From contig JAFGAR010000040.1 in NCBI GenBank assembly GCA_016933575.1, positions 1 to 64,000 of the forward strand: a DNA stretch of 64,000 nucleotides, given 5' to 3'. The position numbers and the translations under genes were made by a program. This DNA is from Candidatus Thorarchaeota archaeon. Its GTDB lineage: Archaea; Asgardarchaeota; Thorarchaeia; Thorarchaeales; Thorarchaeaceae. This document shows positions 8,894 through 16,708 of this stretch, one piece after another. The notes under the pieces are model-generated. The model was not told the DNA's origin, made no database searches, and saw nothing but the letters and a program-made list of their open reading frames with translations. How positions within the stretch are numbered: the first letter of the stretch is position 1; every line of letters starts with the position of its first letter.

Positions 8894-10156
8894 TTAGAGA
8901 TTATTATCCTCAATAAGTCCTAAATCAGTCTGTAATGTTTCGAAGAGTTCACTCGCAGCACTCTGTTCTATTTCAGGGTCTTCTGCAAAGATATCAATTC
9001 TTAACTTAGAGAGTTTATCACCAATATTTCCTACAACAGTGATTGTAACGCCAAGGTATTTTCCACTGAACTTGCCTTCTGCTATTCCAGCAATAACGCC
9101 CATGAATGCACCATCTCTCTCGATGGTCTCATTCTGAAAGACATGAAGATTCTTTCTCTCAAATAGGTCGCCCATCACTTCGAAGAGCTCACTGGCTCTA
9201 CTGAGCATAGCATGCTCTCGGTTCCATTGTTTCATATCCGATTTCAAACGAATGAACTCATCCATAGTCATCTCGACTGGAGTGTATTGTGTGAATAATG
9301 AACGGACAAAGACGTTTCCTGCCTTTGCTGATAGATCCTCGCCTGAGTCATCGATTAGTTGTACAGATGTTATTATTTCACCCTCGATGCAATCCTGCGT
9401 TACTGAGAATCCAAAGATAAGTGCGCCTGAGTCTCCTGGTTCTATTGTTTCAATCACCTGAGTTAATTCGTCAACTGGTTCTAGACCATCTCTTGGGTAC
9501 GCAAGTATCTTCACAGTGACCTCATGGATTGGTTTCTTACCTTCATTCTTGATAGTGATTCCGTACTCAAGAGTTTCTGGTGTTGTTTCGTAATCATTGA
9601 TGACGAGTACATCATCCGTTTCTCGTAGTGGAATGCCATCGGTATCAAAGAGTAATTCTACAGTATTTTCTCTTGGTTCCAAAACGAGGTTTCTTTCAGG
9701 GATGTCTCTCCCATACTTTTTCAACCACTCCAGACAATAATCAATGGTATCTTTGACATAGTCATTATTATCATTGGTATATCTCTCTAGGATAGGAATG
9801 GCATCAAGTCGTCGAGTATAAGTTAACATTCCAGCTGCAAGTGCCCGTACAATCCAATTCTCATCTACAAGTGCAATCTCGAGTGACTCGAAAGCATCGA
9901 CTCCATACTGACCCAATCTACAGATAGCTAGGATTCGTTGTTCTTCATCCCCGGTTAAGGCTGCATCACGACAAGCTTGAATACTTGTTATACCCTCAAG
10001 CATTCTCTCTATCTTATCATCGCTTGATTTGAATGCCTTCTTTATCGCTTTTCGAAAACGGCTAAGTGTTTCTCCTCCACCCAATGACTCTGATAGTGCT
10101 CTATCGGACTTCTTGGACACGGAATACCCTCGGAAAGTCACCCCTCCTTGCACCAT
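8894..10156 (-). CDS. HEAT-repeat protein with a C-terminal Ig-like (GAE-type) plus platform appendage, adaptin/COP/BBS-like
   Basis: PBS-lyase-type HEAT repeats (LVDENWIVRALAA, DNNDYVK); beta-sandwich (YGITIKNEG..IHEVTVKI..IETIEPGDS); TPVEMTMDEF linker; terminal LRIDIFAED-helix. Confidence 0.6.
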   Translation of the reverse strand: MVQGGVTFRGYSVSKKSDRALSESLGGGETLSRFRKAIKKAFKSSDDKIERMLEGITSIQACRDAALTGDEEQRILAICRLGQYGVDAFESLEIALVDENWIVRALAAGMLTYTRRLDAIPILERYTNDNNDYVKDTIDYCLEWLKKYGRDIPERNLVLEPRENTVELLFDTDGIPLRETDDVLVINDYETTPETLEYGITIKNEGKKPIHEVTVKILAYPRDGLEPVDELTQVIETIEPGDSGALIFGFSVTQDCIEGEIITSVQLIDDSGEDLSAKAGNVFVRSLFTQYTPVEMTMDEFIRLKSDMKQWNREHAMLSRASELFEVMGDLFERKNLHVFQNETIERDGAFMGVIAGIAEGKFSGKYLGVTITVVGNIGDKLSKLRIDIFAEDPEIEQSAASELFETLQTDLGLIEDNNL

Positions 10157-10248
10157 TTAATCATTGCTACGATACTACATGTGAATGTGGTATTCACAAG
10201 ACTTTTACGCTACCTAATGCTCGGCGGCATATCAATCAGGCCTTGTGA

Positions 10249-11382
10249 GTGAACTCCATGGAGAACGATGAACAGAACATCTTCTTGAAACCAACAGTAC
10301 TCAAGCCACAGGCTGAACATGGCTCTGAGATAACCCGCCGTTTTGCGATGAACAAAGTCGGGCGAATGTTCGCAGCAGCTCTTCAGGATAAGAGTGTGCG
10401 ACTCTATGCGGCAGAAGATTGCACAGAGATGCAGCGAATGCAGGATGAGTTCCTCAGCACATCTTTAGCTTTCAGTCCCAAGGGCGATATTGTCGCAACC
10501 GGAACCGTTGAACGCGTTGTCAAGCTCTGGGACATACGTACTGCTGAATGCATAGCTACCCTGGAGGGCCACACATATCCAGTACTCTCTTTATCCTTCT
10601 CCCCTGATGGCGATAAGATTGTTTCAGGAAGTGGTGATACAACGCTCATTATCTGGGACATTGAGAATAGGTCAAAAATAAGGCAAATGAAAGGTCACGG
10701 ATTCTATGTAGTGACTGTTGATTGGGATCCACAGGGAAGTCGTGTTGTATCAGGTTCCGTTGATGCCAACATCTGTGAATGGGATGTAGCCACGGGTGAT
10801 ATGATCGCTCGACATGATGACCATCGAGCTGCGGTGAGAGAGGTCCGTTTTAGTCCTGATGGTTCTCGATTGGTTTCTGGCTCTTCTGATTTGACCTTGT
10901 TGTTATGGAATGCTTCATACAAACCGATGAAGGTAGAACAGATTCTCCAAGCTCATGAGAGCGAGGTTCGGGCACTTGCATTTAGCACCGATGGTCATTA
11001 TCTTGCCTCAGGTTCTGGAGATAGAACTCTCTATGTCTGGGATATGGAAACACTTACCGTGAAAGGCGAGGCTTCAACAATGGGTGAGATTGATGGTATT
11101 GAATGGTACCCTTCAAGACACTCATTCCTAACTGCAGATGGGACTGGCGCAATCATTCGTTGGGATGTTGAAGATATGCTTGCAATGCTAAAACCATTCC
11201 AAGACCTTTTGACCGAGATTGAAGCAGCAAATGACCCCTCTCGCAGAGACGAATTTGTTGAGAAGTTTGAGAACTTATCCGCGCAGCATGACGAAGAGAC
11301 CCTTCAGACAAAACGAATGTTCTATGTCGTCTGGCAGTGTAAACGAGCTCTAGGTCTGTTGAAAGGTACAACTAGCAAGTGA
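10249..11382 (+). CDS. WD40 beta-propeller protein with a short helical C-terminal tail
   Basis: About 7 GH..(FSPDG)..SGS.D.T..IWD repeats. Confidence 0.95.
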   Translation: MNSMENDEQNIFLKPTVLKPQAEHGSEITRRFAMNKVGRMFAAALQDKSVRLYAAEDCTEMQRMQDEFLSTSLAFSPKGDIVATGTVERVVKLWDIRTAECIATLEGHTYPVLSLSFSPDGDKIVSGSGDTTLIIWDIENRSKIRQMKGHGFYVVTVDWDPQGSRVVSGSVDANICEWDVATGDMIARHDDHRAAVREVRFSPDGSRLVSGSSDLTLLLWNASYKPMKVEQILQAHESEVRALAFSTDGHYLASGSGDRTLYVWDMETLTVKGEASTMGEIDGIEWYPSRHSFLTADGTGAIIRWDVEDMLAMLKPFQDLLTEIEAANDPSRRDEFVEKFENLSAQHDEETLQTKRMFYVVWQCKRALGLLKGTTSK

Positions 11383-11389
11383 TACTTGA

Positions 11390-11938
11390 TTAGAATGCAG
11401 GTTCTCTGGGGGTTCCTTTGGCTTCCTTAATCATCCGCTTACAGAGTTTTACATACGCTTCTTCCACATTCTCCCCAGTGAGTGCACTTGATTCAACATA
11501 GAGGAATTCATGCTCTTTAGCGTAAGCCTTTCCCTCTTTCGTTGATACTGCTCTACTCTCTTCCAAATCCACCTTATTGGCAACAACAACAAGAGGTATC
11601 TCTTTACCAACATTCGTGAAGGTCTCATCTTTCCAATTGTCAATATTAAGGAAGGTTCGACGTCGAGTGACATCATAGAGTAAGAGACCTCCCCTAGCCC
11701 CTCTATAGAAGCCTTGGCGCACGAACTCGAATCGTGGCTGCCCCGCCAGATCCCAACATTGCAGTGTAACCAGTGCATCAATATCAGGAATCTCAAGGCG
11801 CTTGACTGCGAAATCTGCACCAATCGTTCTCTTGTAATCCGCATCAAAGTAGTCTTGAGTGAACCTTGTGGTCATCGCTGTCTTGCCTACTGCACCGTCG
11901 CCAAGCATGACTATTTTGAAACGGTACTCAGCAGACAT
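11390..11938 (-). CDS. Rab-like small GTPase
   Basis: GDGAVGKT, TIGADF, WDLAGQ, FYRGA, LLYDVT, NKVD, ESSALTG. Confidence 0.93.
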   Translation of the reverse strand: MSAEYRFKIVMLGDGAVGKTAMTTRFTQDYFDADYKRTIGADFAVKRLEIPDIDALVTLQCWDLAGQPRFEFVRQGFYRGARGGLLLYDVTRRRTFLNIDNWKDETFTNVGKEIPLVVVANKVDLEESRAVSTKEGKAYAKEHEFLYVESSALTGENVEEAYVKLCKRMIKEAKGTPREPAF

Positions 11939-12070
11939 CAGATACTACTCCGTATATACTCAACAGGGCATCGTGATTTAAATCTCTACTGTGCACAGGG
12001 ACAGTCTCAGATGATTTAATAGGGAACCATATAATCCGTGATGACACTGTAGGAATGATGGTGAGACCAA

Positions 12071-12454
12071 ATGGATCGACCTGATTATCGCGAGCTGCCC
12101 AAGATTCTTGAGACCATGAATAAAGAGGGTGGATATACTGCTTCAGTTCTTGCACGAGGCAATGGTCTTCTCGTCACATCAGCAACTTCTCCAACCACAA
12201 ACCAAGACGTTGTAGCTGCAATGTGTGGCATGATCGCCGACGTTGCTGAGCGTGTTCGAAAAGAGCTCTACCTTGGGACAATTCGTGATATAAGCCTACG
12301 ATGTGCTGATGGCAAAGCAGTCTTCAAGAGAGTAGGGTCCCGCGGTGATGATGTTCTCATTATTGGGGCTATCATGCAGCGAGATGTCCGCTATCATGCA
12401 CGTTCCATTGGCAAGGCCACCACACGAATTAGACGCCTTATGGGGTACAAATGA
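12071..12454 (+). CDS. Roadblock/LC7 (MglB-like) protein
   Basis: ASVLARGNGLLVTS..DVVAAM helix-strand pattern; 127 aa; divergent from a GTPase gene. Confidence 0.8.
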   Translation: MDRPDYRELPKILETMNKEGGYTASVLARGNGLLVTSATSPTTNQDVVAAMCGMIADVAERVRKELYLGTIRDISLRCADGKAVFKRVGSRGDDVLIIGAIMQRDVRYHARSIGKATTRIRRLMGYK

Positions 12455-12557
12455 ACAACCTCTTCTAGCTCTTTTTATGTCATACATATCCTCAAAACAT
12501 TCAAGTGAATACTATTTCACTTGAGGGCATCGAACCTCAACTCTAGGAGCGCATGAT

Positions 12558-12881
12558 TTGAAAGAGGACCATGAACCTGATTCAGAGGTAGAGGATGACC
12601 AACGAATCGAGGTTGTTCTCTTTAAATCTGATACATGCGCTTTCTGTCCTAGAGCTGAGGAAGTTATTCGAGAAGCAATAGGTGACTTTGGAGCCGAGAC
12701 CTTCAAACTGGTGATCATCAATGTCAGTGAGAATCCCGAGGCTGCTGAGGAGTATGGCATATTTGCCTTACCCACAGTTATGATTGGTGGAATATCAATA
12801 ACGGGTATTCCTGAGCCTGAGATGTTGATGAAGATGGTACTTGGTGCGAAGGTCACTAAAAACAAGAAGAGTGTGTCTTAA
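12558..12881 (+). CDS. Thioredoxin-fold protein (CAFC) with a KaiB-like C-terminal half
   Basis: CxxC motif; NPEAAEEYGIFALPT; stop overlaps the start of the KaiC-like gene (TAATG). Confidence 0.8.
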   Translation: MKEDHEPDSEVEDDQRIEVVLFKSDTCAFCPRAEEVIREAIGDFGAETFKLVIINVSENPEAAEEYGIFALPTVMIGGISITGIPEPEMLMKMVLGAKVTKNKKSVS

Positions 12882-13627
12882 TGAGCGAGAATTCAATCGA
12901 ACGGGTAAAGACTGGCATCCCAGGTCTCGATGAACTGATTGAGGGTGGATTTCCGAGAGGCGATACTATCCTCATTGCAGGCAAGGCTGGTACAGGTAAG
13001 AGTATCCTTGCTACTCAGTTTATCTACAAAGGTGTAACTGAGTATAATGAACCGGGGGTCTTTGTTACCTTAGAGGAGCCACCTCACCTAATTAAGAGAA
13101 ATATGTTAAGATTTGGCATGGACCTTGAGAAACTAGAGAAAGAAGGAAAGATATCAATTGTCGACCTCTCCCCATCAAAGGAGGCTACTCCTATCACTGT
13201 TGGAGAATTTCCGAGCTTCGATCTCTCAGGATTGCAAGCCATAATCTTGAATCATATTAAGAAGATAAATGCAAAACGAATTGTTCTTGACACACTTTCT
13301 ATTATGGCATACAAATTCAGAAGTCGTGATATTCTTCGTGAGGAGTTTTTCAAGCTAGCTGCAAGTATCACCAGGACTGGATGCACACTCTTGCTAACAA
13401 GTGAGATTCCTGCCGAAGATAGTGGGCTTGGAGTATTTGATATCGAAGCATTTTTAGCTTCTGGCGTTATTGTTCTTTACAACGAGAAGATTAGCGACAC
13501 ATCCCGCTCTCGCTCCATCGAGGTTCTGAAGTTACGAGGATCGAAGCATAGTTCAAGAATACATTCAATGAGAATCACAGACGAAGGTATAAGAGTCTGG
13601 CCTGGCGAAATTAGTCCTGGAAGCTAA
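12881..13627 (+). CDS. KaiC/RAD55-like single-domain RecA-family ATPase
   Basis: TGIPGLDELIEGGFP, Walker A GKAGTGKS, catalytic LEE, RIVLDTLS, VLKLRGSKH. Confidence 0.9.
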   Translation: MSENSIERVKTGIPGLDELIEGGFPRGDTILIAGKAGTGKSILATQFIYKGVTEYNEPGVFVTLEEPPHLIKRNMLRFGMDLEKLEKEGKISIVDLSPSKEATPITVGEFPSFDLSGLQAIILNHIKKINAKRIVLDTLSIMAYKFRSRDILREEFFKLAASITRTGCTLLLTSEIPAEDSGLGVFDIEAFLASGVIVLYNEKISDTSRSRSIEVLKLRGSKHSSRIHSMRITDEGIRVWPGEISPGS

Positions 13628-13637
13628 ATACTAGGAA

Positions 13638-14351
13638 GTGAAGACGACGAACAGCTCTGGAGGATCAACACAGGAACCTGCAAGGGCAAGACCAATGATC
13701 AGTGATCTTGTTAAGTTTGGTCAATTGACACAGGTCTCGTACATGCTCGTGGGTCCTCTTGGGTCTGGAAAGACCACATATGCTGAGGCATTTCTTGCTG
13801 AGGGTATTGAACAGGGATTCCCTGCTGTCTTTGTCACCACAGATGTGTCACCCCGAGTCATTCGTAATGATATGAGTAGACATGGATGGGCAATAGAATC
13901 TCAAGAAGCATCAGGTCAGTTTGTTTTCATTGATGGATATTCCGAGCGGATGGGAGCGCCAAAGACTGGTTCCACATGGTCTCTTGGAAAAGTGGATGAT
14001 ATCAGTGAGCTTGGCATTGTTCTTTCAGAGGTTCTTGACAAACTAGTTGTTGCCCGAGTTGTAATAGATAGTCTCTCCACTTTGATACTTCATTCAAATC
14101 CTGTAACAATGCCACGCGCAGTTCAAAGATTGAGTGGTAGAATTACACAGAGTTCACACAGCATTATGTATGTCCTTGAGGAAGGAGTACATGATGAGAA
14201 GACCTACGCAACTTTCTCATATCTTGCAGATGCTGTACTAAGATTCAGAATCGAAGACACTGGAACAATCCCAAAGCATCAAGTCAGAATGGAAAGGATG
14301 AGAGGAACTGAGACTTCTCGTGAATGGCATGACTTCATAATTGAAAGATAG
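13638..14351 (+). CDS. Second KaiC/RAD55-like ATPase domain, catalytic glutamates lost
   Basis: GPLGSGKT, VTTDVSP in place of xxEE, RVVIDSLS, RMRGT. Confidence 0.85.
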   Translation: MKTTNSSGGSTQEPARARPMISDLVKFGQLTQVSYMLVGPLGSGKTTYAEAFLAEGIEQGFPAVFVTTDVSPRVIRNDMSRHGWAIESQEASGQFVFIDGYSERMGAPKTGSTWSLGKVDDISELGIVLSEVLDKLVVARVVIDSLSTLILHSNPVTMPRAVQRLSGRITQSSHSIMYVLEEGVHDEKTYATFSYLADAVLRFRIEDTGTIPKHQVRMERMRGTETSREWHDFIIER

Positions 14352-14407
14352 TTTCCTGTGAAAGTTTTAAAGCGGTAACGATTTTTCCCTATCGAGAGGA
14401 GAGTCCT

Positions 14408-16705
14408 TTGGAATCGATACTTCTTACTACATTGCGAGATGTACTGTGTGCATCTCTGTCACTCGATGATGGACTCTCAGCTATTCAAAACATCACAACT
14501 CGCAACAATGAAGAATCAGAACTTTTGTATGACATCGCTCGCTCGATTGAAGAAATCATTCTGAGGCGTCCTGGACTCGCAAGTGCAAAATTGACCCAGT
14601 TAATTGTGAGGTTGTCTTTCAACGAGAACAGAATACTTCCCGAATTGTTAATTCTTCTCGATACCCGTTATACAAACAGTCACAAACGCTCCGAGTGCGA
14701 ACTCCTGCCTGATTTAGAGGCTCTGCCTACACTTGTTGATATTCTTGGCGAACTCTCTCAAGCAATTACATCTACAATTCGTCTTAATCTGCGCCCTGTC
14801 CTTCCATTTCTGACAGATGAAGTATCTTTGACATTGAATGCCATTTTCGATCGTAGGCATAATGGCACAACAATTCTTGCACTTCATGAAGTACATTATT
14901 TGGCTTGGATCTTGATTGAATCCGGATTCTTCGAAGGAGCTGAGCTTTTACTCAACCGAGTTATCGAAATCTCGCGAGAGGTTGGTCTAAAGGAATTGGT
15001 CTTTGAAGCAACCTTTGACTATGCTTGCGTACTAACAGAATTGGGTCTCTACGACCAAGCCCGTGATATACTAAATAAATTAGAGAAAGAAGCACGTACA
15101 AACAAAGACACTCTTCGACTAGCTGAAGTCACATTACAACTTGGTGTAAACGAGACTCGTGATGATTCAATTTCTTACACAGTAGCACGAAAGATTGGTG
15201 ACAAAGCGGCTGAGTTGTATGATTTGGCTCTGAAAAATGGGCTTATCAACAGAGACGAAGTTGGAATAGCCCATCTTGTGATTGGTTCTAGTATATTAGC
15301 CAATGGCTGGCGAGAGGGTGTTTCGGAGGCTGTTGATCAACTAGAGTTAGGTTTGAAGCTCTATGAAGCCATTGATAATAGAAATCCAATTCAACAATCT
15401 CATGTCTATCGAACATTATGTGGATTAGGTTTTGCTTACGGACTGATGACGGATCATGATAGTATGAGTAAAGCTATCGAGTATCTCTCTCAAGCAAGAA
15501 GTATTCTTCATGAGGTTGGCAATGATTTTCCCGATAACGAGCTAGAACTTGCTGTCTTGGAGAACACAATAGGTTGGCTCTGTCTGTCTACTGAATCTGA
15601 TGAGTTCTGGAGTATGGGCATTGAATCTTTCAAGAAAGCATTAAAAATACGGGAAAAACACTGGCAATTGGGGAGTGTTTCAGATCTCGAACTCCTTGGA
15701 ACTCAAATGGGTCTTGCTCTTTCATCGATGCGGTTGTCTGAACGAGCTGATTCTGAAGAATCACAGGAACCAATCCGTGACATTCTTGTCCAGTACATTC
15801 CCCTTTTTCCCACCGACAGACGTGCCTATGAAGAAATCGCCATTGCGATTTATGATATCGTTTGGCTCATCGCACGACACGGAAGCACAATTCCTCCTAG
15901 ACTGAGGCGCTTGTTTGAGGATATTGATAGGATGCTCGTCGATGCCCCAGAAGCATCAGTCTTCATTGAGAGTGTATCATTAGTTGTTCCTTATTTAGAG
16001 CGGTCATGGTCCGTGCTTCTTGAGCGTTCAAAGAAAATGGCAGGTTCTGATAGCGATCTTGCAGACATTGCCAAACTTACATCTGCTCTTTCGATTATGA
16101 AGATGAACCTTGATTCGTTGAATCTTGAACTTGGTTCACGAATCCAACCCGCTGTTGACGATGAACTCTTACGTGTAGACCCTCTCTTAGCTCAATACTG
16201 GCTTGGAGAGACCTATCTCCTCCAGACAATACGGGCATTCTATAGTAACAAAGACTACTCCGAACTAGCAACTGGTCTGTATGAAGCAGCTATTGCCTTT
16301 GGTGATGTGTTGAATATTGAACCGGAATTCAACGAGTCTGTTGAGTTCATTAAAGCCACATCTGCCTCGATATCTCAAGTCTTACGGAGATTCTCTTTAA
16401 CCCTAGAAAATCAGTATGCAGCATACATTGACAGAGCTAAGATGACTGGAACGCCCCCAGTTGTCGATGAGAGTCAGTACAGCTTTATTCTCTCCGACGA
16501 CTGGCTTGGTCTAATCAAAATCGCTAATGCATACTTGCAGATGGTAGAGCAATCAGAAATTGTTGAGGCACAACCGTATCTCAATGCTGTGTTCTCTAAT
16601 ATCAATCGTGCATTGAAGATGATTGATTCTGTATCACTTATAGACCGAAGAATTCTCGCTCCTATGGGTCTCGTAATGAACAGACGTTTCTATTTACGAA
16701 TGTGA
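14408..16705 (+). CDS. Large all-alpha TPR-like solenoid protein
   Basis: Recurring amphipathic helix pairs (YACVLTELGLYDQA, LGFAYG..KAIEYL..A, IGWL..GIESFKKAL). Confidence 0.65.
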   Translation: MESILLTTLRDVLCASLSLDDGLSAIQNITTRNNEESELLYDIARSIEEIILRRPGLASAKLTQLIVRLSFNENRILPELLILLDTRYTNSHKRSECELLPDLEALPTLVDILGELSQAITSTIRLNLRPVLPFLTDEVSLTLNAIFDRRHNGTTILALHEVHYLAWILIESGFFEGAELLLNRVIEISREVGLKELVFEATFDYACVLTELGLYDQARDILNKLEKEARTNKDTLRLAEVTLQLGVNETRDDSISYTVARKIGDKAAELYDLALKNGLINRDEVGIAHLVIGSSILANGWREGVSEAVDQLELGLKLYEAIDNRNPIQQSHVYRTLCGLGFAYGLMTDHDSMSKAIEYLSQARSILHEVGNDFPDNELELAVLENTIGWLCLSTESDEFWSMGIESFKKALKIREKHWQLGSVSDLELLGTQMGLALSSMRLSERADSEESQEPIRDILVQYIPLFPTDRRAYEEIAIAIYDIVWLIARHGSTIPPRLRRLFEDIDRMLVDAPEASVFIESVSLVVPYLERSWSVLLERSKKMAGSDSDLADIAKLTSALSIMKMNLDSLNLELGSRIQPAVDDELLRVDPLLAQYWLGETYLLQTIRAFYSNKDYSELATGLYEAAIAFGDVLNIEPEFNESVEFIKATSASISQVLRRFSLTLENQYAAYIDRAKMTGTPPVVDESQYSFILSDDWLGLIKIANAYLQMVEQSEIVEAQPYLNAVFSNINRALKMIDSVSLIDRRILAPMGLVMNRRFYLRM

Positions 16706-16708
16706 TGA

